64,000 bases of DNA. Source: Actinomycetota bacterium (GTDB taxonomy: Bacteria; Actinomycetota; Thermoleophilia; BMS3ABIN01). Positions 49,913 through 60,924 of the stretch are shown in pieces (the first letter of the stretch is position 1; each line of letters opens with the position of its first letter). Both the position numbers and the translations under genes were made by a program. Under the pieces are notes generated by a model. It was not told where the DNA came from. It saw nothing but the letters and a program-made list of their open reading frames with translations, and ran no database searches. The stretch lies in contig JACRMB010000010.1 in assembly GCA_016235065.1 (NCBI GenBank), forward strand, positions 6,281 through 70,280, given 5' to 3'.

Positions 49913-50971
49913 TCAGCTATTGCTGACCCGCTCGGCCACCAGGTCGCCGATCTCGGTGGTGGAATATCCCGTCCTGCCCACGGCCAGGCTCTCGAGCTTG
50001 TTGGCGGTGACGTCCGAGATCGCTGCTTCCACGGCGGCACCGGCTTCGTTCTCGCCGAGGAACTCCAGCATCATCTGCACGGCGCCGATAGCGGCCAGCG
50101 GATTGATGACGTTCTGACCCGTATATTTCGGGGCCGACCCGCCGATGGGCTCGAACATGGAGACCCCGTCGGGGTTGATGTTTCCGCCAGCGGCGATACC
50201 CATCCCGCCCTGGATCATGGCGCCCAGGTCGGTGATGATGTCGCCGAAGATGTTATCGGTGACGATCACATCGAACCACTCGGGATTCTTGATGAACCAC
50301 ATGCAGATGGCGTCCACATGGGCATAATCGGTGGTTATTTCCGGATAGTCCTGAGCGGTCTCGGTAAAGGTCCGCTGCCACAGGTCCTGAGAATAGTTGA
50401 GCACGTTGGTCTTGCCGCACATGGTCAGCTTGTTCTCCTTGCCGCGCTTCTTGCAATAATCGAACGCATAGCGGATGCAGCGCTCGACGCCCTTACGGGT
50501 GTTGATGCTCTCCTGGATGGCCACCTCGTCCGGCTTCCCTTTTTTCAGGAAACCGCCGGCGCCCACATAGAGGCCCTCGGTGTTCTCACGCACCACCACG
50601 AAATCGATATCCTCGGGCCCCTTGTCCTTGACCGGCGTCTCCACTCCCGGGAACAGCTTGACCGGACGCAGGTTGATGTACTGGTCCAGCTCGAAGCGGG
50701 CCTTAAGCAGGATGCCCTGCTCGAGGATCCCAGGCTTCACATCGGGATGCCCGATGGCGCCCAGGAAGATCGCGTCGTGGCCCTTCAGTTCGTCGACCGC
50801 CGAATCCGGCAGCGTCTCTCCGGTCTTCAGATAGCGGTCGCCACCAAAATCATAATCCGTGGTCTCATACTCGAAGCCAAAGCGCCCGGCTGCGGCCTTG
50901 AGCACCTTCAATCCTTCCAGCACTACCTCCGGTCCCGTTCCATCGCCGGGCATGACAGCTATGTTATGCAT
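49913..50971 (-). CDS. leuB: 3-isopropylmalate dehydrogenase
   Basis: [16 protein letters not shown] start; GGAGAAACC upstream. Overlaps the leuD stop. Confidence 0.9.
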   Translation of the reverse strand: MHNIAVMPGDGTGPEVVLEGLKVLKAAAGRFGFEYETTDYDFGGDRYLKTGETLPDSAVDELKGHDAIFLGAIGHPDVKPGILEQGILLKARFELDQYINLRPVKLFPGVETPVKDKGPEDIDFVVVRENTEGLYVGAGGFLKKGKPDEVAIQESINTRKGVERCIRYAFDYCKKRGKENKLTMCGKTNVLNYSQDLWQRTFTETAQDYPEITTDYAHVDAICMWFIKNPEWFDVIVTDNIFGDIITDLGAMIQGGMGIAAGGNINPDGVSMFEPIGGSAPKYTGQNVINPLAAIGAVQMMLEFLGENEAGAAVEAAISDVTANKLESLAVGRTGYSTTEIGDLVAERVSNS

Positions 50972-51473
50972 TGGTTTCTCCGCCTTGCGTTCGTTTTTTG
51001 ACATGTGCCATCAGGCCGCCCGCAGTGACTATCTCCTGCATGAAATCAGGGAAGCGGTCCGCCTGGTATACCTTGTCCCTTGTCAGGTTCGCGACCTCAC
51101 CCTTGTCCAGGTCGACTCGCAGCCGGTCGCCGGCCTGAACGTCGCCCGCCGCTTCCGGACATACCAGGATCGGCAGCCCGATGTTGATCGCGTTGCGATA
51201 GAAGATGCGCGCGAAAGACGCAGCCACCACGCAGGATACGCCAGCAGCCTTGATCGCCACCGGAGCCTGCTCCCTCGATGAACCGCAACCGAAGTTCTCC
51301 TCGGCTACGATGATGTCGCCCGGCTGCACGCGGTCGATGAAGTCCTTGTCGATGTCCTCCATGCAATGTGCGGCCAGCTCGTCCGGATCGTGCGTGTTCA
51401 GATAACGCGCCGGGATGATGACGTCGGTATCGACGTCGCGCCCATACTTGAAGGCTGTACCCTCGAAGATCAT
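50964..51473 (-). CDS. leuD: 3-isopropylmalate dehydratase small subunit
   Basis: 169 aa in the LeuD family. GGAGG Shine-Dalgarno. Confidence 0.9.
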   Translation of the reverse strand: MIFEGTAFKYGRDVDTDVIIPARYLNTHDPDELAAHCMEDIDKDFIDRVQPGDIIVAEENFGCGSSREQAPVAIKAAGVSCVVAASFARIFYRNAINIGLPILVCPEAAGDVQAGDRLRVDLDKGEVANLTRDKVYQADRFPDFMQEIVTAGGLMAHVKKRTQGGETNA

Positions 51474-51537
51474 GCTGACACCTCCTCAACCATTCTGGCT
51501 ACCGTACCAGCACGTCTCCCGGCTCTGGCCTCATGGA

Positions 51538-52809
51538 TCATGCCAGCACCTCCTCAGGGACCGCGACAGTTCCGGCGATCGCCGTAGCCGCGGCCACATA
51601 CGGCCCGGTCAGATACACTTCACTCTCCGTATGACCCATGCGGCCCACGAAGTTACGGTTCGTAGTGGAGACACACCGCTCACCGGCGGCCAGGATACCC
51701 ATATGCCCTCCCAGGCAGGGACCGCAGGTCGGCGTACTCACAGCGACCTCGGCCTCGATGAACGTATCGATCAGGCCTTCCTTCATGGCCTGCTGATAAA
51801 CCAGCTGGCTCCCCGGGAAGACCAGGGCGCGCACGTCCGGATGCACCTTGCGGCCCTTCAGCACCTCGGCCGCCATCCGCAGGTCCTCGATGCGCCCGTT
51901 GGTGCACGAACCGATCACGACCTGGTCGATCTTCAGCGCAGACAGCTCGGTCGCCGGTACCGTGTTTGACGGCAGATGCGGTTTGGCCACCTGCGGCTCG
52001 ATCGAACTCACATCTATATCGATCACGCGTGTATACTCCGCGTCCTCGTCGCTATTCATCATCACCGGCTCGCGCAGAGCGCGGCCGCGGCAGTATTCCT
52101 CAGTAGTCGCATCCGGCTCGACGATACCGTTCTTGCCGCCGGCCTCGATGGCCATGTTGCACATGGTGAAACGGCCATCCATCGACAGTGCTCTGATGGC
52201 GCCGCCGCCGAACTCCATGGCTTCATACAGGGCGCCATCGACTCCAGTCAGCCCGATCGTATACAGGATGTAATCCTTGCCGGTCACATAGCGGCCAGGC
52301 TCACCCTCGTAATTGAACCTGATCGTCTCCGGCACCCGCAGCCACACCTCGCCGGTAGCCATGCCAGCCGCCAGGTCGGTGCTGCCGACGCCGGTGGCGA
52401 AAGCCCCCAGAGCTCCATAGGTGCAGGTATGCGAGTCGGCGCCGATGACCACGTCACCGGGCACCACCAGCCCCTTCTCCGGCAGGATCACATGCTCGAT
52501 GCCCATGCGCCCCACGTCGAAGAAATTAGTCAGGCCCTGCCGCCGCGCGAACTCGCGCACCAGCTTCGCCTGCTCTGCCGACTTGATGTCCTTGTTAGGA
52601 ACGAAATGGTCGCAGACCAGCACGACCTTCTCCTGGTCCCAGACCTTCGTCATCCCCGCCGCCTCGAACTCCTTGATGGCCAGCGGCGCCGTGATGTCGT
52701 TAGCCAACGCCAGATCCAGCCGGGCGTTGACGAAATCGCCCGCCTGCACGCTTTCCTGGCCGCAGGCGCGAGCCAGTATTTTTTCCGTGATAGTCATTGG
52801 TCCTGCCAT
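51538..52809 (-). CDS. leuC: 3-isopropylmalate dehydratase large subunit
   Basis: 423 aa in the aconitase family with Cys ligands. ATG directly follows the leuA stop. Confidence 0.9.
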   Translation of the reverse strand: MAGPMTITEKILARACGQESVQAGDFVNARLDLALANDITAPLAIKEFEAAGMTKVWDQEKVVLVCDHFVPNKDIKSAEQAKLVREFARRQGLTNFFDVGRMGIEHVILPEKGLVVPGDVVIGADSHTCTYGALGAFATGVGSTDLAAGMATGEVWLRVPETIRFNYEGEPGRYVTGKDYILYTIGLTGVDGALYEAMEFGGGAIRALSMDGRFTMCNMAIEAGGKNGIVEPDATTEEYCRGRALREPVMMNSDEDAEYTRVIDIDVSSIEPQVAKPHLPSNTVPATELSALKIDQVVIGSCTNGRIEDLRMAAEVLKGRKVHPDVRALVFPGSQLVYQQAMKEGLIDTFIEAEVAVSTPTCGPCLGGHMGILAAGERCVSTTNRNFVGRMGHTESEVYLTGPYVAAATAIAGTVAVPEEVLA

Positions 52810-54330
52810 CTATTTCACCGCCCCGGCTCTGTATGCATTATTTAACGCCCGGACATATGCTTTTGCGCTTGCTTCCACCACGTCGATGGAGAGCGCCGTG
52901 CCCGCGTACGCCTTGCCTTCCACTTCCACAACCACGCGCACCTCTCCGAGGGAGTCCTTGCCCTCGGTGACGGAACGCACCTGGTAGTCTTTCAGCTTGC
53001 CCTTCGTGCCCACCGCGTCATCGATCGCCTTGAAGATGGACTCCATGGAACCACCGGAGAAGCTCTTGCCCAACAGCTCCTCCCCTTCCTTTTCGATGAT
53101 GACCTGGCAAGTGGGTACGAACTCCGAGCTTGAAGTCACTTCATACGATTTCAGCTCATATATATCCGTCTGCCCACGAACCTCTTCGCCGACCAGCGCT
53201 TCCAGGTCAGCCGCCGTGATCTGCTTCTTCTTGTCAGCCACTTTCTTGAAGTGGACGAACGCCTGATTCAGCTCTTCCTCGGAGAGCGACATCCCCAGCT
53301 CTTCCATCGCCGCCTTCAGCGCGTGCCGGCCTGAGTGCTTGCCCAGCACGATATCGCTGGAACCGCGGCCGACGCTCTCGGCGTTCATGATCTCGTAAGT
53401 CGTGCGTTCCTTGAGCACGCCGTCCTGGTGTATTCCCGACTCATGGGCGAAGGCATTCTTGCCCACGATCGCCTTGTTGGGCTGCACGTCATAGCCGGTC
53501 AGCTGGCTGACCAGGCGGCTGGTCCTGGAAATCTCACGGGTGTTCACACCCGTGACCCGGCCCAGGGAACCGCGCCGCGTCTCCAGGATCATCACGATCT
53601 CCTCCAGCGAGGCGTTACCCGCGCGCTCTCCCAGTCCGTTGATGGCGCACTCTACCTGCGAAGCGCCGGCTTCGACCGCCGCCAGCGAATTGGCTACTGC
53701 CAGTCCCAGGTCGTTGTGGCAGTGGACGCTTACGACTACATCCTTCAGGCCGGGGACACGATCGTACTGACCCCGGATGAAGTCGCCGAACTCGGACGGG
53801 ATAGCATAACCCACCGTATCGGGGATGTTAATCGTCTTCGCGCCCTCGTCGATGGCAGCCTGCAGCACCGCTGCCAGGTAGTCGGGGTCGCTGCGGGTGG
53901 CGTCCATGGCTGAGAACTCCACGTCATCGCAAAGGCTCACGGCCAGGGCTACCATCTTCCTGGCCGCCTCGAGCACCTCTTCACGCGACTTGCGCAACTG
54001 ATGCTCCAGGTGCACGTCACTGGTTGAGATGAAAGTATGGATGCGTGGCTGCTCAGCTTCCCTGATCGCATCCCACGCAGTGGTTATGTCTTTTTCGATG
54101 GCCCGCGCCAGGGCACAGACTGTGACTCCGGAAACACTCCGGGCGATCTTCTGCACGCCCTCGAAATCACCCGGCGACGATATGGGGAATCCGGCCTCGA
54201 TGACATCGACTCCCAGCCTCGCCAGCTGCTCGGCTATCTCCACTTTTTCGAAGGAATTGAGGCTGATACCCGGTGACTGCTCACCGTCACGCAGGGTGGT
54301 ATCGAATATGTATACACGTTGTTGGTCCAT
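52810..54330 (-). CDS. leuA: 2-isopropylmalate synthase
   Basis: [13 protein letters not shown]; C-terminal regulatory domain. ATG 54330 with AGGAG 7 nt upstream. Confidence 0.9.
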   Translation of the reverse strand: MDQQRVYIFDTTLRDGEQSPGISLNSFEKVEIAEQLARLGVDVIEAGFPISSPGDFEGVQKIARSVSGVTVCALARAIEKDITTAWDAIREAEQPRIHTFISTSDVHLEHQLRKSREEVLEAARKMVALAVSLCDDVEFSAMDATRSDPDYLAAVLQAAIDEGAKTINIPDTVGYAIPSEFGDFIRGQYDRVPGLKDVVVSVHCHNDLGLAVANSLAAVEAGASQVECAINGLGERAGNASLEEIVMILETRRGSLGRVTGVNTREISRTSRLVSQLTGYDVQPNKAIVGKNAFAHESGIHQDGVLKERTTYEIMNAESVGRGSSDIVLGKHSGRHALKAAMEELGMSLSEEELNQAFVHFKKVADKKKQITAADLEALVGEEVRGQTDIYELKSYEVTSSSEFVPTCQVIIEKEGEELLGKSFSGGSMESIFKAIDDAVGTKGKLKDYQVRSVTEGKDSLGEVRVVVEVEGKAYAGTALSIDVVEASAKAYVRALNNAYRAGAVK

Positions 54331-54366
54331 AGCTTCTCCTAAAACCACTCAGGTTTTGAGTTCAGA

Positions 54367-54401
54367 AAAAAAAGGTGGCAGGTTTGCCGCACGGGCAAAC
54401 T
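54367..54401 (-). terminator. Attenuator-type intrinsic terminator between the leader peptide and leuA
   Basis: Minus strand gtttgcc-cgtgc-ggcaaac, then ctgccacc, then U8. It sits 2 nt after the leader-peptide stop. Confidence 0.5.
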
Positions 54402-54403
54402 AC

Positions 54404-54466
54404 TAGATAATCTCCCCCGCCAGGGGGAGGAGAAGCAAACTCAGGAGGGAAGTCGCGGGCAGCACA
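54404..54466 (-). CDS. Leucine-rich leader peptide (20 aa) of the leu operon
   Basis: GTG start, then MLPATSLLSLLLLPLAGEII (8 Leu codons, with a run LLSLLLL). GGGAGG lies 7 nt upstream. Confidence 0.45.
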
Positions 54467-54490
54467 AAAAAGCCTCCCGCGGGGGAGGCC
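54467..54490 (-). terminator. Hairpin plus U6, either the terminator of the upstream GGDEF gene or the leader pause hairpin
   Basis: Minus strand ggcctcccccgcgggaggc followed by tttttt. Confidence 0.45.
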
Positions 54491-54630
54491 GGTTCCTGCG
54501 AGACAGGATTGTCCACAAAAACTGAGGCCATTAGGAAAACATGATATTGGAGTTCGTGGGAGATTTCAACTGAAGAGCAGTATGAGTCATAACATAAGCA
54601 GGTGCCGGGGGCTTGCGGCCCGCCACTTGC

Positions 54631-56427
54631 TCAGACGGCCTCTCTCAGACTGCTCTTCCCCTCAGATCTTGCAAGGCTGACGAACATCTTCACAAGCCGC
54701 GGGTCAAACTGGGTGCCGGCGCCCTTTTCGAGCTCGGCCAGAGCATCATTCACAGAAAGCGCCTTGCGATAAGGCCTGTCTGAGCGCATGGCCCGGTACG
54801 CGTCCATGATACCGACGATTCGCGCCATCAGCGGGATCTGCTTGCCCTCTAGCCGTTCCGGATAACCCGTGCCATCCCAGCGCTCGTGGTGATATAGAAT
54901 GGCGCTGATCAGTTCCTGAAGCTGCCGGGCCTCCTCAAGGATATGCTGGCCGATCTCCGGATGCTGCTGCACCGCAGCCAGCTCCTGGGGAGAGAGTTTA
55001 TCCTTCTTTGAGAGGATCGCTCCGGGAACACCTATCTTGCCGATATCGTGCAGACGGGTCGCCAGGGCCAGCGCGTCCGCCTGCTCGTCTTCCATTCCCA
55101 GTTCCTTCGCCATCGCGTCGACGATAGCGTTGAGTGACATTGTGTCGCTGACGGAATAATTATCGCTTGCATCCACTGCCTCAGCCAGAGCACGGATAGT
55201 CTGCAGGCTGGCACCCTCCAGGCGACTGTTGAGCCGTTCGATATCGCCTTCCTCGAGCTCCGTCCCTGAGAGGTCCCGGAAATAAGCGACCCGGTTCCGT
55301 CCCCTGCGCTTGGCGAAAAGCAATGCCGAATCGGCTGCCGATATCAGGCTGTCGGCATCGCTGGCACAGTCGGGCATATCAGCGACCCCGAAGCTTGCGG
55401 CAACGATATTCTCCGGCAATTCCACGTCCCTGGCGACATCCTTCATCAGCCCCCTGAGCCTGTCGGCCGTCTCCATGGCTGTACTCGCAGCTGCCTCAGG
55501 CAACAGGACGATAAATTCTTCGCCACCGTATCGGGCCGTATAGCCACCCTCATGGACCTCATTGCGCAGCAGTTTTCCGACCCGCCGCAGCACTTCGTCA
55601 CCCTTCTGGTGACCGTACCGGTCGTTCACTGTCTTGAAATGGTCCAGATCCAGCATGATCATAGAGAGGGGTTTGTGACGGGACTCAGCTCGATCCGCTT
55701 CCCACCTCAGGTGATGCTGAAAATGGGCGTGGTTGCGAAGTCCCGTCAAAAGGTCGGTGTCAGCCATCTCCCGAGCCTGCCTGTGGAGCAGCTCCAGCTC
55801 GGCATACTGGTCCTTCAGTTCTTCGTTGGCGGCCGCCAGCAGTTCTTCTTTCTCACGAACGGCCAGCATCAGGCTGTTGAAGTTCTCGCCGATCTCATCG
55901 ATAGGATTCTGCCCTACCGCATACCGGTAGACTTCGCACTCAGAACAGCCACCCAGCTTCTGGGCGAACCGCCCCTGGACCTCTCCACCACAGTAAGTCC
56001 CCGCTACGAGCCAGCAGCGGACATGCTCCTTTCCGTATGCCGGGCACGATGTCTCACCACAGTCCTTGATCTGCCAGCAGGTCCCGATATTCTCATCTTC
56101 AAAACTGACGTCCCATACCTGTGCCTGCACCGCGTCGTGCGTCAGGCTGGAGAATCTCGATTTTGCCCCTTCGAGCTCTGCTTTTCGCTGCGCCAGCTCC
56201 ATGTTCCTCTGGTAAAGGGTGATCTTCACGAGGTAGTAGCAGAACGCGCCGACAAGAAAACCCGCAACCAGGCAGGCAAACCTGAAATACAGCTTGCGAT
56301 CCGGATCCCAGGTAACAAAGGGGCTTGCGATATATGGAAATACCAGGCCCATGGTCAAACCGAAAGCGATCATGACCATAAAAATACGCCTCATGGATGA
56401 AAGACGCTCCGCGAAAAATCGTATCAT
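54631..56427 (-). CDS. Membrane-anchored GGDEF diguanylate cyclase + HD-GYP phosphodiesterase with a 7-Cys module
   Basis: 2 TM helices, then CWQIKDCGETSCPAYGKEHVRCWLVAGTYCGGEVQGRFAQKLGGCSECEVY, then GGEEF, then HDIGK...HHERWDGTGYP. GGAGG Shine-Dalgarno. Confidence 0.85.
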   Translation of the reverse strand: MIRFFAERLSSMRRIFMVMIAFGLTMGLVFPYIASPFVTWDPDRKLYFRFACLVAGFLVGAFCYYLVKITLYQRNMELAQRKAELEGAKSRFSSLTHDAVQAQVWDVSFEDENIGTCWQIKDCGETSCPAYGKEHVRCWLVAGTYCGGEVQGRFAQKLGGCSECEVYRYAVGQNPIDEIGENFNSLMLAVREKEELLAAANEELKDQYAELELLHRQAREMADTDLLTGLRNHAHFQHHLRWEADRAESRHKPLSMIMLDLDHFKTVNDRYGHQKGDEVLRRVGKLLRNEVHEGGYTARYGGEEFIVLLPEAAASTAMETADRLRGLMKDVARDVELPENIVAASFGVADMPDCASDADSLISAADSALLFAKRRGRNRVAYFRDLSGTELEEGDIERLNSRLEGASLQTIRALAEAVDASDNYSVSDTMSLNAIVDAMAKELGMEDEQADALALATRLHDIGKIGVPGAILSKKDKLSPQELAAVQQHPEIGQHILEEARQLQELISAILYHHERWDGTGYPERLEGKQIPLMARIVGIMDAYRAMRSDRPYRKALSVNDALAELEKGAGTQFDPRLVKMFVSLARSEGKSSLREAV

Positions 56428-56455
56428 CTTGCTGCCTCCGACCTTTTCCTGGAAC

Positions 56456-58252
56456 TTAGCCTGCCTGGCGTAATTCCTGATCTTCCCCGCTCTTTACCAG
56501 CTCCACGAATATCTCAACCAGCTGTGGATCGAACTGGGTACCTGCGCCCTTCCGCAACTCTTCCAGTGCGACTACAGGCTTCAAAGCTTTGCGATACGGC
56601 CTGTCGCACAACATAGCCCGGTATGCGTCCATGATTCCTACAATGCGAGCCATGACCGGGATCTGCTCACCTGCCAGCCGCTCCGGATAGCCATTGCCAT
56701 CCCAGCGCTCGTGGTGATAAAGGATCGCCTGGATCAGGTCCTGTATCTGCTCTGCCTCCTGGAGCAGCTTCTGGCCGATCTCGGGATGCAGCTGAACCTG
56801 GGAAAGCTCCTCGGGCGAAAGCTTCTCAGTCTTTCTGAGGATGGAACCCGGGATGCCCACCTTGCCGATATCATGCAGCCTCGTGGCTAGAGCCAGGGCG
56901 TCCGTCTGTTCCTGGTTCATGCCCAGCCGCTCCGCGATAGCTACAGCGACATGCGCCATCCTGGAAGTACTCGCTTCAGAGTAATCGTCGCAGGCATCCA
57001 CGGCTTCGGCTAGGGCTCTAATGGTCTGCAGGCTGGCGCCCTCGAGGCGGCTGTGCAACTTGTCGAGGTCACCATCGCGCAGCTCGGTGTCTGAAAGGTC
57101 ACAGAAATAGGCAACGCGGTTGCGGCCCTTCCTCTTGGCAAACAAAAGGGCAGAATCAGCGGCGGATATAAGACTCTCAGCGTTGCTGGCGCAGTGGGGC
57201 AGATCGGCGACCCCGAAGCTCCCGCCAACAAGGCCGGAAGGCAGATCGACCTCCGCCTCGACGCTACTCATCTCACGCCTCATGTTGTCAGCGATTTCCG
57301 TCGCCCTCTCAGCAGTCATATCTGGCAGCACTAACGCGAACTCCTCCCCGCCATAACGCGCCGAGTAGCCCGTCCCACGCACACTGTTACGGATGAGCTT
57401 TCCCACGCGCTGAAGGACTTCATCGCCCTTCTGATGGCCGAAATGATCATTGACGTCCTTGAAGTGGTCGAGGTCCAGCATGATCAATGAAAGCGGCCTG
57501 CTGTATCGCTGGGCCCGCTCCACTTCCCACTGGAGATGCCGCTGGAAGTGGGCGTGGTTTCTCAGACCTGTAAGCATATCCGTATCAGCCATCTCCCGAG
57601 CCTGCTTATGCATCAGCTCGAGCTCTGTATACTGCTTCTGCATCTCGGCATTGGTGTCGCTCAGAAGATCTTCCTTCTCGCGCAGCGCCCACATGAGGCT
57701 GTTGAAATTCTCACCTATCTCGTTGATCGGATCGCGGCTGACAGATACCTGGTATATCTCACATTTTGCGCAATCCCCGAGCTTCTGGGCAAAATGTCCC
57801 TGGACCTCTCCGCGGCAAAAAGTACCGGCGATCAGCCAGCAGCGTACGTGCTGCCTGCCATAGGACGGGCAGTCCTCGGATTTGCAGCCTTTGACCTCCC
57901 AGCAGGTGGGAATGGAAGGATCCTTGAAACTCACGTTCCAGTCTTTTTTGGTGATAGCGTCGTGGGTCAGCGTGGAGAACTTGGTCTTGGCTTCAAACAG
58001 CATGCTCGACTGGTGGTGGATTTGATCAGATTCCCGGCCGATGACAAAGGCTGCGGTCCCACCCAGAACAGGCGCTACGAGGATATGCATGGCTTCATAA
58101 TCCGCGCCATACCGCATTTCCACAATATATGCGAAAAGGGCATACACAAAGCCCGCAGCAGCCCCGGCGATGCCGTAGTTCAAGGCCTTTCGACTGTGGT
58201 TTGTTGCCCTCACGACCGCCCTGTCAGTGGAAGAAACAGCTAAAGCTCCCAT
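56456..58252 (-). CDS. Paralogous GGDEF + HD-GYP membrane protein with the same 7-Cys module
   Basis: Same architecture, with CWEVKGCKSEDCPSYGRQHVRCWLIAGTFCRGEVQGHFAQKLGDCAKCEIY. ATG 58252 chosen over 58369. Confidence 0.8.
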   Translation of the reverse strand: MGALAVSSTDRAVVRATNHSRKALNYGIAGAAAGFVYALFAYIVEMRYGADYEAMHILVAPVLGGTAAFVIGRESDQIHHQSSMLFEAKTKFSTLTHDAITKKDWNVSFKDPSIPTCWEVKGCKSEDCPSYGRQHVRCWLIAGTFCRGEVQGHFAQKLGDCAKCEIYQVSVSRDPINEIGENFNSLMWALREKEDLLSDTNAEMQKQYTELELMHKQAREMADTDMLTGLRNHAHFQRHLQWEVERAQRYSRPLSLIMLDLDHFKDVNDHFGHQKGDEVLQRVGKLIRNSVRGTGYSARYGGEEFALVLPDMTAERATEIADNMRREMSSVEAEVDLPSGLVGGSFGVADLPHCASNAESLISAADSALLFAKRKGRNRVAYFCDLSDTELRDGDLDKLHSRLEGASLQTIRALAEAVDACDDYSEASTSRMAHVAVAIAERLGMNQEQTDALALATRLHDIGKVGIPGSILRKTEKLSPEELSQVQLHPEIGQKLLQEAEQIQDLIQAILYHHERWDGNGYPERLAGEQIPVMARIVGIMDAYRAMLCDRPYRKALKPVVALEELRKGAGTQFDPQLVEIFVELVKSGEDQELRQAG

Positions 58253-58405
58253 CGGTCCCGGATGAACAAACTTTAAATAGCCCTTCTTTATTTGAAGGGG
58301 TTCCACGGAAAGGGTTGAAACAACTACCTGTGGGCTTTTTGAAGCCCGGTAAATACGGTGATTATCCATGATTCGAGCCTGGATAGCGGAAATGGAGTCT
58401 TACTG

Positions 58406-59530
58406 ATGTACAGACTTGTCTTTTCACGAAAAAGCATACAGATAACAGGCGTTGGCGGAAGGCTGGCAGCCTGTATGTTCCTGCTTGCCCTCTTCCTCGC
58501 CGGCAGTACTGCCCTGGCGCAATCAGATGTCGCTTCCCGACAGGCGGAAGTGGATCGCATCAGAGCCGAAGTCGCTTCCATAAACCAGGCTGCCGAGCAG
58601 GCTATAGAACGATACAACCAGGCCAACTCGGAGCTTGAGGAGACCCGCCGCCAGATAGCCGAGAATGAGAAAGCCCTGGCAGATGCGACGGTCAAGCTGA
58701 CCGAAGCCCAGCTGCGCCTGGACAAGCGCCTCGAGAACATCTACCGCCAGGGCTCGCTCAGCTTCATGGATGTGATGCTCAACACGAGTTCTTTCAACGA
58801 GTTTCTGTCGAGATTCGACCTGCTTGGCAAGATCGGGGCCCAGGACAAGACCGACGTCGAAGAGGTCCTGAGCCTGAAAGCAGTGACAGAGCAGGCGAGG
58901 GCCGATCTCGACCGCACCAGTCTGCGTCAGGAAGAGCTCCTGAACGCCGTCAACGGTGAGAAGTCCGAGATCGAAGCACAGCTCTCGGCGCGCCAGTCCG
59001 TTCTTTCCAGCGCTGAAGGGGAAGTAGCCCAGATGCTGGCCCAGCAGCAGGCTGCGGAACAACAGTCCCAGGCGGTCTACCAGCCCGCAGGTGGCGCTGT
59101 CGCAACAGATCCCGGCGCAGAAGACTCACCGTCAGGCGAACCTGCCCCCGTGGAAGATCCCGGATATTCCGATCCACCGCCGCCCACGAGCGGTGACGCG
59201 GCATCAATAGCCATGGGCTACCTTGGTGTCCCATATGTGTGGGGCGGCGCCTCACCTGCTGGCTTCGACTGTTCAGGACTGGTCATGTATGTATATGCCC
59301 AGCTCGGCATCTACCTGCCTCATTCGGCATCGGCACAGTACTATTCCGGAACGCCGATCAGCTACTCGGAACTGGCGCCTGGTGACCTCGTGTTCTTCGG
59401 CAGCCCCATAGGGCACGTGGGCATCTACATCGGCGGTGGCAGCATGATCCATGCCCCGTTCGAAGGCCAGGTTGTCTCTATTACTGGTGTCAGCGGCGGC
59501 GGCACTTATTCCGGAGCCTGCAGGCTTTAG
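58406..59530 (+). CDS. Secreted NlpC/P60 peptidoglycan endopeptidase with N-terminal coiled-coil
   Basis: Signal peptide, then a long coiled-coil, then the NlpC/P60 core (GFDCSGLVMYVY...GHVGIYIG...H). GGAG Shine-Dalgarno. ATG 58406 chosen over 58358. Confidence 0.8.
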   Translation: MYRLVFSRKSIQITGVGGRLAACMFLLALFLAGSTALAQSDVASRQAEVDRIRAEVASINQAAEQAIERYNQANSELEETRRQIAENEKALADATVKLTEAQLRLDKRLENIYRQGSLSFMDVMLNTSSFNEFLSRFDLLGKIGAQDKTDVEEVLSLKAVTEQARADLDRTSLRQEELLNAVNGEKSEIEAQLSARQSVLSSAEGEVAQMLAQQQAAEQQSQAVYQPAGGAVATDPGAEDSPSGEPAPVEDPGYSDPPPPTSGDAASIAMGYLGVPYVWGGASPAGFDCSGLVMYVYAQLGIYLPHSASAQYYSGTPISYSELAPGDLVFFGSPIGHVGIYIGGGSMIHAPFEGQVVSITGVSGGGTYSGACRL

Positions 59531-59622
59531 CTTCCCTCTCCACCGTTCTCCTGATAACATTTGGCGTCGGCGTTCCACCAGGATGCCGACGCTGAAATTT
59601 CGGCCATGGGAGAAATCTGTCA

Positions 59623-60924
59623 ATGTCTGATCCCGCTGCAAAAAGAATATCCATCGGCCTGCTCGGTTACGGCACGGTCGGCTCCAGCGTATATAGTCTG
59701 ATAAACGATCAGGCACTGGAGATCGCCCGCACCACCGGAGCTACTGTTGCCGTCAAGAAGATCCTCGTACGCGATATATCTGTCCCGCGACAGGACGCAC
59801 CGGCTGAGATCTTCACCGATGATTACGAAGACATCATCAATGATCCTGAGATCAACACGATCGTGGAGCTTATCGGCGGCATCGAGCCGGCTTTCGACTA
59901 CATCACCAGCGCCCTCGAAAAGGGCAAGTCTGTCGTCACAGCTAACAAACAACTCCTCTCACAGAAGGGTTTCTATCTTTTCCGTCTGGCCCGGGAAAAA
60001 GGGACTCAAATAAGATTTGAAGCCAGTGTGGCCGGAGCCATACCCGTCATCAAGGTGCTGCGCGAATCTATGGTCGCCGCGGACCTGACCAGCGTCTACG
60101 GGATCGTCAATGGAACCACTAATTTTATCCTGACAGAGATGAGCCGCACCGGTGCCAAATATCAGGACGCCCTGGCGAATGCTCAGGAATGGGGTTACGC
60201 CGAATCTGATCCGACCGAGGATATAAGCGGCAAGGACGCCGCCGCCAAGATGGCGATCCTGGCTTCCATCGCTTTCCACACAGTCGTCGACCTCGACGAT
60301 GTGGCCTGCATCGGCATCGAGGGTATCAGTTCCCTCGACATCTCTTACGCCCGCAGCCTGGACATGTCCGTAAAACTCCTGGGAGTCGCGAAGCTATACG
60401 ATGACAGGATCAACGTGAGGGTTTATCCAGCACTGCTCAAGAAAGACCATCCGCTTGCCTCGGTCAGCGGCGCCTACAATGCCGTATTCCTCAAGGGCAA
60501 TTCGATCGATGAGATCATGCTTTCCGGTCCAGGAGCAGGCGGTATCGAGACCGCCTCCGCCGTCGTCGGCGACATCGTCTCCATAATCGCCAGGGAAAAG
60601 CCGGGTATGCTCGAGGAGATCTCCGCCTGGCGCGAGCTCGAGTTCTATCCCGACGACGAGGTCGTATCGAAATTCTACCTGCGCCTCGAGGTGAACGATG
60701 AACCTGGCGTCCTTGCCACAATCGCGCAGATCTTCGGCAAGCACGACGTCAGCGTGGAGAGCGTCATCCAGCAGGGGCGTGGAGACCACGCCGAACTGGT
60801 GATGGTGTTCCATCCAGTCAAGGAAGCTAGCTTCAGGAGTGCTCTCGAGCAGATTGCCGAGCTTCCCGAGGTCAAGTCACAGCCGAGGCCGATCAGGGTC
60901 GAAGGAGACGGCTATGAGCAGTGA
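59623..60924 (+). CDS. hom: Homoserine dehydrogenase
   Basis: NAD-binding GYGTVG and a C-terminal ACT domain, 433 aa. Confidence 0.9.
   Translation: MSDPAAKRISIGLLGYGTVGSSVYSLINDQALEIARTTGATVAVKKILVRDISVPRQDAPAEIFTDDYEDIINDPEINTIVELIGGIEPAFDYITSALEKGKSVVTANKQLLSQKGFYLFRLAREKGTQIRFEASVAGAIPVIKVLRESMVAADLTSVYGIVNGTTNFILTEMSRTGAKYQDALANAQEWGYAESDPTEDISGKDAAAKMAILASIAFHTVVDLDDVACIGIEGISSLDISYARSLDMSVKLLGVAKLYDDRINVRVYPALLKKDHPLASVSGAYNAVFLKGNSIDEIMLSGPGAGGIETASAVVGDIVSIIAREKPGMLEEISAWRELEFYPDDEVVSKFYLRLEVNDEPGVLATIAQIFGKHDVSVESVIQQGRGDHAELVMVFHPVKEASFRSALEQIAELPEVKSQPRPIRVEGDGYEQ

Noticed and set aside
54491-54630. Possible T-box riboswitch in the leuA leader
   Set aside because: I could not find the conserved T-box sequence (AGGGUGGNACCGCG) on the minus strand. 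The Leu-rich leader peptide provides a simpler explanation.
58253-58369. 39-codon N-terminal extension of the second GGDEF ORF
   Set aside because: It would overlap the divergent NlpC/P60 gene and its promoter and has no Shine-Dalgarno. The extension lacks a TM helix, unlike paralog 1's N-terminus.
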